Below are positions 36,909 through 51,800 of a DNA stretch of 64,000 bases, in pieces; within the stretch, counting starts at the first letter, position 1, and each line of letters begins with the position of its first letter. The stretch is from Antedon mediterranea (taxonomy: Eukaryota; Animalia; Echinodermata): assembly GCF_964355755.1 (NCBI RefSeq), contig NC_092670.1:27516388-27580387 (forward strand), given 5' to 3'. The notes beneath the pieces are model-generated. The model was not told where the DNA came from, made no database searches, and saw only the letters and a list, made by a program, of their open reading frames with translations. A program made the position numbers and the translations under genes.

Positions 36909-38950
36909 CACTTTGATGTTTTTATGTTAACAACTTTTTTAGAAAATTACAAAATGGTCTAAAACGTCTCCAAATGCGATTTGAAGCAATTCTAAGCACT
37001 TTTGTGTTTTTATGTTAACAAGTTTTTTCGAAAATCACAAAATGGTCTAAAATGTCTCAAAATGCGATTTGAAGCTATTCTGTACACTTTGCTGTTTTGT
37101 GTGAATAATTTTTGTTGAAATGCTCAAAATGGTCAAAAACGTTTTTAAATACTATATTAAGCTATTTTGTGCTCTTTGTTGTTTTTGTGTGAAAAGTTTT
37201 ATCGAAATGCTCAAAATGGTCTAAAACTGTTTCTAATGTGATTTTAAGCACTTTGGTGTTTTTATGTTAACAAGTTTTTTCGAAAATCACAAAATGGTCT
37301 AAAATGTCTCCAAATGCGATTTGAAGCTTTTCTAAGCACTTTGGTGTTTTTATGTTAACAAGTTTTTTCGAAAATCACAAAATGGCCTAAAACGTCTCCA
37401 AATGTGATTTGAAGCTATTCTAAACACTTTGGTGTTTTTATGTTAACAAGTTTTTTCGAAAATCACAAATTGGTCTAAAACGTCTCCAAATGCGATTTGA
37501 AGCTATTTTAAGCACTTTGGTGTTTTTGTGTAACCAAGTTTTTTCGAAAATCACAAAAGGGTCTAAAATGTCTCAAAATGCGATTTGAAGCTATTCTGTA
37601 CACTTTGATGTTTTTTTGTTAACAAGTTTTTTCGAAAGTCACAAAATGGTCTAAAACGGCTCCAAATACGATTTGAAGCTATTCTAAGCACTTTGGTGTT
37701 TTTATGTTAACAAGTTTTTTCGAAAATCACAAAATGGTCTAAAACGTCTCCAAATGCGATTTGAAGCTATTCTAAGCACTTTGGTGTTTTTATGTTAACA
37801 AGTTTTTTCGAAAATCACAAAATGGTGTAAAACGTCTCCAAATGCGATTTGAAGCTATTCTAAGCAATTTTGTGTTTTTATGTTTACAAGTTTTTTCGAA
37901 AATCACAAAATGGTCTAAAACGTCTCCAAATGCGATTTGAAGCTATTCTAAGCACTTTTGTGTTTTTATGTTAACAAGTTTTTTCGAAAATCACAAAATG
38001 GTCTAAAATGTCTCAAAATGCGATTTGAAGCTATTCTGTACACTTTGCTGTTTTGTGTGAATAATTTTTGTCAAAATGCTCAAAATGGTCAAAAACGTTT
38101 TTAAATACTATATTAAGCTATTTTGTGTTCTTTGATGTTTTTGTGTGAAAAGTTTTTTCGAAATGCTCAAAATGGTCTAAAACGGTTTCTAATGTGATTT
38201 TAAGCACTTTGATGTTTTTATGTTAACAACTTTTTTAGAAAATTACAAAATGGTCTAAAACGTCTCCAAATGCGATTTGAAGCAATTCTAAGCACTTTTG
38301 TGTTTTTATGTTAACAAGTTTTTTCGAAAATCACAAAATGGTTTAAAATGTCTCAAAATGCGATTTGAAGCTATTCTGTACACTTTGCTGTTTTGTGTGA
38401 ATAATTTTTGTTGAAATGCTCAAAATGGTCAAAAACGTTTTTAAATACTATATTAAGCTATTTTGTGCTCTTTGATGTTTTTGTGTGAAAGGTTTTATCG
38501 AAATGCTCAAAATGGTCTAAAACTGTTTCTAATGTGATTTTAAGCACTTTGGTGTTTTTATGTTAACAAGTTTTTTCGAAAATCACAAAATGGTCTAAAA
38601 TGTCTCCAAATGCGATTTGAAGCTTTTCTAAGCACTTTGGTGTTTTTATGTTAACAAGTTTTTTCGAAAATCACAAAATGGCCTAAAACGTCTCCAAATG
38701 TGATTTGAAGCTATTCTAAACACTTTGGTGTTTTTATGTTAACAAGTTTTTTCGAAAATCACAAATTGGTCTAAAACGTCTCCAAATGCGATTTGAAGCT
38801 ATTTTAAGCACTTTGGTGTTTTTGTGTAACCAAGTTTTTTCGAAAATCACAAAAGGGTCTAAAATGTCTCAAAATGCGATTTGAAGCTATTCTGTACACT
38901 TTGATGTTTTTTTGTTAACAAGTTTTTTCGAAAGTCACAAAATGGTCTAA
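36344..38950 (+). repeat. 1296-bp (15-monomer) tandem duplication
   Basis: The private variant GGCCTAAA lies at 37384 and 38680; AAAACTGTTTC and TTTGTTGAAA also occur in both copies. 1296=2x252+9x88. Confidence 0.88.
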
Positions 38951-39825
38951 AAAGTCTCCAAATGCGATTTGAAGCTATTCTAAGCACTTTGGTGTTTTTA
39001 TGTTAACAAGTTTTATCGAAAATCACAAAATGGTGTAAAACGTCTCCAAATGCGATTTGAAGCTATTCTAAGCACTTTGGTGTTTTTATGTTAACAAGTT
39101 TTTTCGAAAATCACAAAATGGTGTAAAACGTCTCCAAATGCGATTTTAAGCTATTCTAAGCAATTTGGTGTTTTTATGTTAACAAGTTTTTTCGAAAATC
39201 ACAAAATGGTCTAAAACGTCTCCAAATGCGATTTGAAGCTATTCTGTACACTTTGCTGTTTTGTGTGAATAATTTTTGTCGAAATGCTCAAAATGGTCAA
39301 AAACGTTTTTAAATACGATATTAAGCTATTTTGTGCTCTTTGATGTTTTTGTGTGAAAAGTTTTATCGAAATGCTCAAAATGGTCTAAAACGGTTTCTAA
39401 TGTGATTTTAAGCACTTTGATGTTTTTATGTTAACAACTTTTTTAGAAAATTACAAAATGGTGTAAAACGTCTCCAAATGCGATTTGAAGCTATTCTAAG
39501 CAATTTCGTGTTTTTATGTTAACAAGTTTTTTCGAAAATCACAAAATGGTCTAAAACGTCTCCAAATGCGATTTGAAGCTATTCTAAGCACTTTTGTGTT
39601 TTTATGTTAACAAGTTTTTTCGAAAATCACAAAATGGTCTAAAATGTCTCCAAATGCGATTTTAAGGTATTCTAAGCACTTTGGTGTTTTTATGTTAACA
39701 AGTTTTTTCGAAAATCACAAAATGGTCTAAAACGTCTACAAATGCGATTTGAAGCTATTCTAAGCACTTTGGTGTTTTTATGTTAACAAGTTTTTTCGAA
39801 AATCACAAAATGGTATAAAACGTGT

Positions 39826-42800
39826 ACAAATGCGATTTGAAGCTATTCTAAGCACTTTGGTGTTTTTATGTTAACAAGTTTTTTCGAAAATCACAAAATG
39901 GTCTAAAACGTCTCCAAATGCGATTTGAAGCTATTCTGTACACTTTGCTGTTTTGTGTGAATAATTTTTGTCGAAATGCTCAAAATGGTCAAAAACGTTT
40001 TTAAATACGATATTAAGCTATTTTGTGCTCTTTGATGTTTTTGTGTGAAAAGTTTTATCGAAATGCTCAAAATGGTCTAAAACGGTTTCTAATGTGATTT
40101 TAAGCACTTTGATGTTTTTATGTTAACAACTTTTTTAGAAAATCACAAAATGGTCTAAAACGTCTCCAAATGCGATTTGAAGTAATTCTAAGCACTTTGG
40201 TGTTTTTATGGTAACGAGTTTTTTTGAATATCACAAAATGGTCTAAAATGTCTCCAAATGCGATTTGAAGCTTTTCTAAGCACTTTAGTGTTTTTATGGT
40301 AACGAGTTATTTCGAAAATCACAAAATGGTCTAAAACGTCTCCAAATGCGATTTGAAGCTATTCTGTACACTTTGCTGTTTTGTGTGAATAATTTTTGTC
40401 AAAATGCTCAAAATGGTCAAAAACGTTTTTTAATACTATATTAAGCTATTTTGTGCTCTTTGATGTTTTTGTGTGAAAAGTTTTATCGAAATGCTCAAAA
40501 TGGTCTAAAACGGTTTCTAATGTGATTTTAAGCACTTTGATGTTTTTATGTTAACAACTTTTTTAGAAAATTACAAAATGGTGGAAAACGTCTCCAAATG
40601 CGATTTGAAGCTATTCTAAGCACTTTGGTGTTTTTATGGTAACGAGTTTTTTTGAATATCACAAAATGGTCTAAAATGTCTCCAAATGCGATTTGAAGCT
40701 TTTCTAAGCACTTTGGTGTTTTTATGTTAACAAGTTTTTTCGAAAATCACAAAATGGTCTAAAACGTCTCCAAATGTGATTTGAAGCTATTCTAAACACT
40801 TTGGTGTTTTTATGTTAACAAGTTTTTTCGAAAATCACAAATTGGTCTAAAACGTCTCCAAATGCGATTTGAAGCTATTTTAAGCACTTTGGTGTTTTTG
40901 TGTAACCAAGTTTTTTCGAAAATCACAAAAGGGTCTAAAATGTCTCAAAAAGCGATTTGAAGCTATTCTGTACACTTTGATGTTTTTTTTATTAACAAGT
41001 TTTTTCGAAAGTCACAAAATGGTCTAAAACGTCTCCAAATGCGATTTGAAGCTATTCTAAGCACTTTGGTGTTTTTATGTTAACAAGTTTTTTCGAAAGT
41101 CACAAAATGGTCTAAAACGTCTCCAAATGCGATTTGAAGCTTTTCTAAGCACTTTGGTGTTTTTATGTTAACAAGTTTTTTCGAAAATCACAAAATGGTC
41201 TAAAACGTCTCCAAATGCGATTTGAAGCTATTCTAAGCACTTTGGTGTTTTTATGTTAACAAGTTTTTTCGAAAATCACAAAATGGTGTAAAACGTCTCC
41301 AAATGCGATTTTAAGCTATTCTAAGCAATTTGGTGTTTTTTTATGTTAACAAGTTTTTTCGAAAATCACAAAATGGTCTAAAACGTCTCCAAATGCGATT
41401 TGAAGCTATTCTGTACACTTTGCTGTTTTGTGAGAATAATTTTTGTCGAAATGCTCAAAATGGTCAAAAACGTTTTTAAATACGATATTAAGCTATTTTG
41501 TGCTCTTTGATGTTTTTGTGTGAAAAGTTTTATCGAAATGCTCAAAATGGTCTAAAACGGTTTCTAATGTGATTTTAAGCACTTTGATGTTTTTATGTTA
41601 ACAACTTTTTTAGAAAATTACAAAATGGTGTAAAACGTCTCCAAATGCGATTTGAAGCTATTCTAAGCAATTTCGTGTTTTAATGTTAACAAGTTTTTTC
41701 GAAAATCACAAAATGGTCTAAAACGTCTCCAAATGCGATTTGAAATTATTCTGTACACTTTGCTGTTTTGTGAGAATAATTTTTGTCGAAATGCTCAAAA
41801 TGGTCAAAAACGTTTTTAAATACGATATTAAGCTATTTTGTGCTCTTTGATGTTTTTGTGTGAAAAGTTTTATCGAAATGCTCAAAAGGGTCTAAAACGG
41901 TTTCTAATGTGATTTTAAGCACTTTGATGTTTTTATGTTAACAACTTTTTTAGAAAATTACAAAATGGTGTAAAACGTCTCCAAATGCGATTTGAAGCTA
42001 TTCTAAGCAATTTCGTGTTTTTATGTTAACAAGTTTTTTCGAAAATCACAAAATGGTCTAAAATGTCTCCAAATGCGATTTTAAGGTATTCTAAGCACTT
42101 TGGTGTTTTTATGTTAACAAGTTTTTTCGAAAATCACAAAATGGTCTAAAACGTCTACAAATGCGATTTGAAGCTATTCTAAGCACTTTGGTGTTTTTAT
42201 GTTAACAAGTTTTTTCGAAAATCACAAAATGGTATAAAATGTCTCAAAATGCGATTTGAAGCTATTCTGTACACTTTGATGTTTTTATGTTAACAACTTT
42301 TTTAGAAAATAACAAAATTGTCTAAAACGTCTACAAATGCGATTTGAAGCTATTCTAAGCACTTTGGTGTTTTTATGTTAACAAGTTTTTTCGAAAATCA
42401 CAAAATGGTATAAAACGTCTCCAAATGCGATTTGAAGATTTTCTAAGCACTTTGGTGTTTTTATGTTTACAAGTTTTTTCGAAAATCACAAAATGGTCTA
42501 AAACGTCTCCAAATGCGATTTTAAGGTATTCTAAGCACTTTGCTGTTTTTATGTTAACAAGTTTTTTCGAAAATCACAAAATGGTCTAAAACGTCTACAA
42601 ATGCGATTTGAAGCTATTCTAAGCAATTTGGTGTTTTTATGTTAACAAGTTTTTTCGAAAATCACAAAATGGTCGAAAATGTCACAAAATGCGATTTTAA
42701 GCTATTCTAAGCACTTTGTTGTTTTTATGTTAACAAGTTTTTTTCGAAAATCACAAAATGGTCTAAAACCTCTCCAAATGCGATTTGAAGCTATTCTGTA

Positions 42801-45800
42801 CACTTTGCTGTTTTGTGTGAATAATTTTTGTCGAAATGCTCAAAATGGTCAAAAACGTTTTTAAATACGATATTAAGCTATTTTGTGCTCTTTGATGTTT
42901 TTGTGTGAAAAGATTTATCGAAATGCTCAAAATGGTCTAAAACGGTTTCTAATGTGATTTTAAGCACTTTGGTGTTTTTATGTTAACAAGTTTTTTCGAA
43001 AATCACAAAATGGTCTAAAACGTCTCCAAATGTGATTTGAAGCTATTCTAAACACTTTGGTGTTTTTATGTTAACAAGTTTTTTCGAAAATCACAAATTG
43101 GTCTAAAACGTCTCCAAATGCGATTTGAAGCTATTTTAAGCACTTTGGTGTTTTTGTGTAACCAAGTTTTTTCGAAAATCACAAAAGGGTCTAAAATGTC
43201 TCAAAATGCGATTTGAAGCTATTCTGTACACTTTGATGTTTTTTTGTTAACAAGTTTTTTCGAAAGTCACAAAATGGTCTAAAACGTCTCCAAATGCGAT
43301 TTGAAGCTATTCTAAGCACTTTGCTGTTTTGTGTGAATAATTTTTGTCGAAATGCTCAAAATGGTCAAAAACGTTTTTAAATACGATATTAAGCTATTTT
43401 GTGCTCTTTGATGTTTTTGTGTGAAAAGTTTTATCGAAATGCTCAAAATGGTCTAAAACGGTTTCTAATGTGATTTTAAGCACTTTGATGTTTTTATGTT
43501 AACAACTTTTTTAGAAAATCACAAAATGGTCAAAAACGTCTCCAAATGCGATTTGAAGCAATTCTAAGCACTTTGGTGTTTTTATGGTAACGAGTTTTTT
43601 TGAATATCACAAAATGGTCTAAAACGTCTCCAAATGCGATTTGAAGATTTTCTAAGCACTTTGGTGTTTTTATGTTTACAAGTTTTTTCGAAAATCACAA
43701 AATGGTCCAAAACGTCTCCAAATGCGATTTGAAGCTTTTCTGTACACTTTGCTGTTTTGTGTGAATAATTTTGTCAAAATGCTCAAAATGGTCAAAAACG
43801 TTTTTAAATACTATATTAAGCTATTTTGTGTTCTTTGATGTTTTTGTGTGAAAAGTTTTATCGAAATGCTCAAAATGGTCTAAAACGGTTTCTAATGAAA
43901 TGATTTTAAGAACTTTGATGTTTTTATGTTAACAACTTTTTTAGAAAATCACAAAATGGTCTAAAACGTCTCCAAATGCGATTTGAAGCAATTCTAAGCA
44001 CTTTGGTGTTTTTATGTTAACAAGTTTTTTCGAAAATCACAAAATGGTATAAAACCTCTCCAAATGCGATTTTAAGGTATTCTAAGCACTTTGGTGTTTT
44101 TATGGTAACAAGTTATTTCGAAAATCACAAAATGGTCTAAAACGTCTCCAAATGCGATTTGAAGCTATTCTGTACACTTTGCTGTTTTGTGTGAATAATT
44201 TTTGTCAAAATGCTCAAAATGGTATAAAACGTCTCCAAATGCGATTTTAAGCTATTCTAAGCAATTTGGTGTTATTATGTTAACAAGTTTTTTCGAAAAT
44301 CACAAATTGGTCTAAAACGTCTCCAAATGCGATTTGAAGCTATTTTAAGCACTTTGGTGTTTTTGTGTAACCAAGTTTTTTCGAAAATCACAAAAGGGTC
44401 TAAAATGTCTCAAAATGCGATTTGAAGCTATTCTGTACACTTTGATGTTTTTTTGTTAACAAGTTTTTTCGAAAGTCACAAAATGGTCTAAAACGTCTCC
44501 AAATGCGATTTGAAGCTATTCTAAACACTTTGGTGTTTTTATGTTAACAAGTTTTTTCGAAAATCACAAAATGGTGTAAAACGTCTCCAAATGCGATTTG
44601 AAGGTATTCTAAGCACTTTGGTGTTTTTATGTTAACAAGTTTTTTCGAAAATCACAAAATGGTGTAAAACTTCTCCAAATACGATTTTAAGCTATTCTAA
44701 GCAATTTGGTGTTTTTATGTTAACAAGTTTTTTCGAAAATCACAAAATGGTCTAAAACGTCTCCAAATGCGATTTGAAGTTATTCTGTACACTTTGCTGT
44801 TTTGTGAGAATAATTTTTGTCGAAATGCTCAAAATGGTCAAAAACGTTTTTAAATACGATATTAAGCTATTTTGTGCTCTTTGATGTTTTTGTGTGAAAA
44901 GTTTTATCGAAATGCTCAAAATGGTCTAAAACGGTTTCTAATGTGATTTTAAGCACTTTGATGTTTTTATGTTAACAACTTTTTTAGAAAATTACAAAAT
45001 GGTGTAAAACGTCTCCAAATGCGATTTGAAGCTATTCTAAGCAATTTGGTGTTTTTATGTTAACAAGTTTTTTCGAAATTCACAAAAGTCTCCAAATGCG
45101 ATTTGAAGCTATTCTAAGCACTTTTGTGTTTTTATGTTAACAAGTTTTTTCGAAAATCACAAAATGGTCTAAAACGTCTACAAATGCGATTTGAAGCTAT
45201 TCTAAGCACTTTGGTGTTTTTATGTTAACAAGTTTTTTTCGAAAATCACAAAATGGTATAAAACGTCTCCAAATGCGATTTGAAGATTTTCTAAGCACTT
45301 TGGTGTTTTTATGTTTACAAGTTTTTTCGAAAATCACAAAATGGTCTAAAACGTCTCCAAATGCGATTTGAAGCTATTCTGTACACTTTGCTGTTTTGTT
45401 TGAATAATTTTTGTCAAAATGCTCAAAATGGTCAAAAACGTTTTTAAATACTATATTAAGCTATTTTGTGTTCTTTGATGTTTTTGTGTGAAAAGTTTTA
45501 TCGAAATGCTCAAAATGGTCTAAAACGGTTTCTAATGTGATTTTAAGCACTTTGATGTTTTTATGTTAACAACTTTTTTAGAAAATCACAAAATGGTCTA
45601 AAACGTCTCCAAATGCGATTTGAAGCAATTCTAAGCACTTTGGTGTTTTTATGTTAACAAGTTTTTTCGAAAATCACAAAATGGTATAAAACGTCTCCAA
45701 ATGCGATTTTAAGGTATTCTAAGCACTTTGGTGTTTTTATGTTAACAAGTTTTTTCGAAAATCACAAAATGGTCTAAAACGTCTACAAATGCGATTTGAA

Positions 45801-48800
45801 GCTATTCTAAGCACTTTGGTGTTTTTATGTTAACAAGTTTTTTCGAAAATCACAAAATGGTCTAAAACGTCTCCAAATGCGATTTGAAGCTATTCTGTAC
45901 ACTTTGCTGTTTTGTGTGAATAATTTTTGTCGAAATGCTCAAAATGGTCAAAAACGTTTTTAAATACGATATTAAGCTATTTTGTGCTCTTTGATGTTTT
46001 TGTGTGAAAAGTTTTATCGAAATGCTCAAAATGGTCTAAAACGGTTTCTAATGTGATTTTAAGCACTTTGATGTTTTTATGTTAACAACTTTTTTAGAAA
46101 ATCACAAAATGGTCTAAAACGTCTCCAAATGCGATTTGAAGTAATTCTAAGCACTTTGGTGTTTTTATGGTAACGAGTTTTTTTGAATATCACAAAATGG
46201 TCTAAAATGTCTCCAAATGCGATTTGAAGCTTTTCTAAGCACTTTAGTGTTTTTATGGTAACGAGTTATTTCGAAAATCACAAAATGGTCTAAAACGTCT
46301 CCAAATGCGATTTGAAGCTATTCTAAGCAATTTGGTGTTTTTATGTTAACAAGTTTTTTCGAAATTCACAAAAGTCTCCAAATGCGATTTGAAGCTATTC
46401 TAAGCACTTTTGTGTTTTTATGTTAACAAGTTTTTTCGAAAATCACAAAATGGTCTAAAACGTCTACAAATGCGATTTGAAGCTATTCTAAGCACTTTGG
46501 TGTTTTTATGTTAACAAGTTTTTTTCGAAAATCACAAAATGGTATAAAACGTCTCCAAATGCGATTTGAAGATTTTCTAAGCACTTTGGTGTTTTTATGT
46601 TTACAAGTTTTTTCGAAAATCACAAAATGGTCTAAAACGTCTCCAAATGCGATTTGAAGCTATTCTGTACACTTTGCTGTTTTGTTTGAATAATTTTTGT
46701 CAAAATGCTCAAAATGGTCAAAAACGTTTTTAAATACTATATTAAGCTATTTTGTGTTCTTTGATGTTTTTGTGTGAAAAGTTTTATCGAAATGCTCAAA
46801 ATGGTCTAAAACGGTTTCTAATGTGATTTTAAGCACTTTGATGTTTTTATGTTAACAACTTTTTTAGAAAATCACAAAATGGTCTAAAACGTCTCCAAAT
46901 GCGATTTGAAGCAATTCTAAGCACTTTGGTGTTTTTATGTTAACAAGTTTTTTCGAAAATCACAAAATGGTATAAAACGTCTCCAAATGCGATTTTAAGG
47001 TATTCTAAGCACTTTGGTGTTTTTATGTTAACAAGTTTTTTCGAAAATCACAAAATGGTCTAAAACGTCTACAAATGCGATTTGAAGCTATTCTAAGCAC
47101 TTTGGTGTTTTTATGTTAACAAGTTTTTTCGAAAATCACAAAATGGTCTAAAACGTCTCCAAATGCGATTTGAAGCTATTCTGTACACTTTGCTGTTTTG
47201 TGTGAATAATTTTTGTCGAAATGCTCAAAATGGTCAAAAACGTTTTTAAATACGATATTAAGCTATTTTGTGCTCTTTGATGTTTTTGTGTGAAAAGTTT
47301 TATCGAAATGCTCAAAATGGTCTAAAACGGTTTCTAATGTGATTTTAAGCACTTTGATGTTTTTATGTTAACAACTTTTTTAGAAAATCACAAAATGGTC
47401 TAAAACGTCTCCAAATGCGATTTGAAGTAATTCTAAGCACTTTGGTGTTTTTATGGTAACGAGTTTTTTTGAATATCACAAAATGGTCTAAAATGTCTCC
47501 AAATGCGATTTGAAGCTTTTCTAAGCACTTTAGTGTTTTTATGGTAACGAGTTATTTCGAAAATCACAAAATGGTCTAAAACGTCTCCAAATGCGATTTG
47601 AAGCTATTCTGTACACTTTGCTGTTTTGTGTGAATAATTTTTGTCAAAATGCTCAAAATGGTCAAAAACGTTTTTTAATACTATATTAAGCTATTTTGTG
47701 CTCTTTGATGTTTTTGTGTGAAAAGTTTTATCGAAATGCTCAAAATGGTCTAAAACGGTTTCTAATGTGATTTTAAGCACTTTGATGTTTTTATGTTAAC
47801 AACTTTTTTAGAAAATTACAAAATGGTGGAAAACGTCTCCAAATGCGATTTGAAGCTATTCTAAGCACTTTGGTGTTTTTATGGTAACGAGTTTTTTTGA
47901 ATATCACAAAATGGTCTAAAATGTCTCCAAATGCGATTTGAAGCTTTTCTAAGCACTTTGGTGTTTTTATGTTAACAAGTTTTTTCGAAAATCACAAAAT
48001 GGTCTAAAACGTCTCCAAATGTGATTTGAAGCTATTCTAAACACTTTGGTGTTTTTATGTTAACAAGTTTTTTCGAAAATCACAAATTGGTCTAAAACGT
48101 CTCCAAATGCGATTTGAAGCTATTTTAAGCACTTTGGTGTTTTTGTGTAACCAAGTTTTTTCGAAAATCACAAAAGGGTCTAAAATGTCTCAAAAAGCGA
48201 TTTGAAGCTATTCTGTACACTTTGATGTTTTTTTTATTAACAAGTTTTTTCGAAAGTCACAAAATGGTCTAAAACGTCTCCAAATGCGATTTGAAGCTAT
48301 TCTAAGCACTTTGGTGTTTTTATGTTAACAAGTTTTTTCGAAAGTCACAAAATGGTCTAAAACGTCTCCAAATGCGATTTGAAGCTATTCTAAGCACTTT
48401 GGTGTTTTTATGTTAACAAGTTTTTTCGAAAATCACAAAATGGTCTAAAACGTCTCCAAATGCGATTTGAAGCTATTCTAAGCACTTTGGTGTTTTTATG
48501 TTAACAAGTTTTTTCGAAAATCACAAAATGGTGTAAAACGTCTCCAAATGCGATTTTAAGCTATTCTAAGCAATTTGGTGTTTTTTTATGTTAACAAGTT
48601 TTTTCGAAAATCACAAAATGGTCTAAAACGTCTCCAAATGCGATTTGAAGCTATTCTGTACACTTTGCTGTTTTGTGAGAATAATTTTTGTCGAAATGCT
48701 CAAAATGGTCAAAAACGTTTTTAAATACGATATTAAGCTATTTTGTGCTCTTTGATGTTTTTGTGTGAAAAGTTTTATCGAAATGCTCAAAATGGTCTAA

Positions 48801-51800
48801 AACGGTTTCTAATGTGATTTTAAGCACTTTGATGTTTTTATGTTAACAACTTTTTTAGAAAATTACAAAATGGTGTAAAACGTCTCCAAATGCGATTTGA
48901 AGCTATTCTAAGCAATTTCGTGTTTTTATGTTAACAAGTTTTTTCGAAAATCACAAAATGGTCTAAAACGTCTCCAAATGCGATTTGAAATTATTCTGTA
49001 CACTTTGCTGTTTTGTGAGAATAATTTTTGTCGAAATGCTCAAAATGGTCAAAAACGTTTTTAAATACGATATTAAGCTATTTTGTGCTCTTTGATGTTT
49101 TTGTGTGAAAAGTTTTATCGAAATGCTCAAAAGGGTCTAAAACGGTTTCTAATGTGATTTTAAGCACTTTGATGTTTTTATGTTAACAACTTTTTTAGAA
49201 AATTACAAAATGGTGTAAAACGTCTCCAAATGCGATTTGAAGCTATTCTAAGCAATTTCGTGTTTTTATGTTAACAAGTTTTTTCGAAAATCACAAAATG
49301 GTCTAAAATGTCTCCAAATGCGATTTTAAGGTATTCTAAGCACTTTGGTGTTTTTATGTTAACAAGTTTTTTCGAAAATCACAAAATGGTCTAAAACGTC
49401 TACAAATGCGATTTGAAGCTATTCTAAGCACTTTGGTGTTTTTATGTTAACAAGTTTTTTCGAAAATCACAAAATGGTATAAAATGTCTCAAAATGCGAT
49501 TTGAAGCTATTCTGTACACTTTGATGTTTTTATGTTAACAACTTTTTTAGAAAATAACAAAATTGTCTAAAACGTCTACAAATGCGATTTGAAGCTATTC
49601 TAAGCACTTTGGTGTTTTTATGTTAACAAGTTTTTTCGAAAATCACAAAATGGTATAAAACGTCTCCAAATGCGATTTGAAGATTTTCTAAGCACTTTGG
49701 TGTTTTTATGTTTACAAGTTTTTTCGAAAATCACAAAATGGTCTAAAACGTCTCCAAATGCGATTTTAAGGTATTCTAAGCACTTTGCTGTTTTTATGTT
49801 AACAAGTTTTTTCGAAAATCACAAAATGGTCTAAAACGTCTACAAATGCGATTTGAAGCTATTCTAAGCAATTTGGTGTTTTTATGTTAACAAGTTTTTT
49901 CGAAAATCACAAAATGGTCGAAAATGTCACAAAATGCGATTTTAAGCTATTCTAAGCACTTTGTTGTTTTTATGTTAACAAGTTTTTTTCGAAAATCACA
50001 AAATGGTCTAAAACATCTCCAAATGCGATTTGAAGCTATTCTGTACACTTTGCTGTTTTGTGTGAATAATTTTTGTCGAAATGCTCAAAATGGTCAAAAA
50101 CGTTTTTAAATACGATATTAAGCTATTTTGTGCTCTTTGATGTTTTTGTGTGAAAAGATTTATCGAAATGCTCAAAATGGTCTAAAACGGTTTCTAATGT
50201 GATTTTAAGCACTTTGGTGTTTTTATGTTAACAAGTTTTTTCGAAAATCACAAAATGGTCTAAAACGTCTCCAAATGTGATTTGAAGCTATTCTAAACAC
50301 TTTGGTGTTTTTATGTTAACAAGTTTTTTCGAAAATCACAAATTGGTCTAAAACGTCTCCAAATGCGATTTGAAGCTATTTTAAGCACTTTGGTGTTTTT
50401 GTGTAACCAAGTTTTTTCGAAAATCACAAAAGGGTCTAAAATGTCTCAAAATGCGATTTGAAGCTATTCTGTACACTTTGATGTTTTTTTGTTAACAAGT
50501 TTTTTCGAAAGTCACAAAATGGTCTAAAACGTCTCCAAATGCGATTTGAAGCTATTCTAAGCACTTTGCTGTTTTGTGTGAATAATTTTTGTCGAAATGC
50601 TCAAAATGGTCAAAAACGTTTTTAAATACGATATTAAGCTATTTTGTGCTCTTTGATGTTTTTGTGTGAAAAGTTTTATCGAAATGCTCAAAATGGTCTA
50701 AAACGGTTTCTAATGTGATTTTAAGCACTTTGATGTTTTTATGTTAACAACTTTTTTAGAAAATCACAAAATGGTCAAAAACGTCTCCAAATGCGATTTG
50801 AAGCAATTCTAAGCACTTTGGTGTTTTTATGGTAACGAGTTTTTTTGAATATCACAAAATGGTCTAAAACGTCTCCAAATGCGATTTGAAGATTTTCTAA
50901 GCACTTTGGTGTTTTTATGTTTACAAGTTTTTTCGAAAATCACAAAATGGTCCAAAACGTCTCCAAATGCGATTTGAAGCTTTTCTGTACACTTTGCTGT
51001 TTTGTGTGAATAATTTTGTCAAAATGCTCAAAATGGTCAAAAACGTTTTTAAATACTATATTAAGCTATTTTGTGTTCTTTGATGTTTTTGTGTGAAAAG
51101 TTTTATCGAAATGCTCAAAATGGTCTAAAACGGTTTCTAATGAAATGATTTTAAGAACTTTGATGTTTTTATGTTAACAACTTTTTTAGAAAATCACAAA
51201 ATGGTCTAAAACGTCTCCAAATGCGATTTGAAGCAATTCTAAGCACTTTGGTGTTTTTATGTTAACAAGTTTTTTCGAAAATCACAAAATGGTATAAAAC
51301 CTCTCCAAATGCGATTTTAAGGTATTCTAAGCACTTTGGTGTTTTTATGGTAACAAGTTATTTCGAAAATCACAAAATGGTCTAAAACGTCTCCAAATGC
51401 GATTTGAAGCTATTCTGTACACTTTGCTGTTTTGTGTGAATAATTTTTGTCAAAATGCTCAAAATGGTATAAAACGTCTCCAAATGCGATTTTAAGCTAT
51501 TCTAAGCAATTTGGTGTTATTATGTTAACAAGTTTTTTCGAAAATCACAAATTGGTCTAAAACGTCTCCAAATGCGATTTGAAGCTATTTTAAGCACTTT
51601 GGTGTTTTTGTGTAACCAAGTTTTTTCGAAAATCACAAAAGGGTCTAAAATGTCTCAAAATGCGATTTGAAGCTATTCTGTACACTTTGATGTTTTTTTG
51701 TTAACAAGTTTTTTCGAAAGTCACAAAATGGTCTAAAACGTCTCCAAATGCGATTTGAAGCTATTCTAAGCACTTTGGTGTTTTTATGTTAACAAGTTTT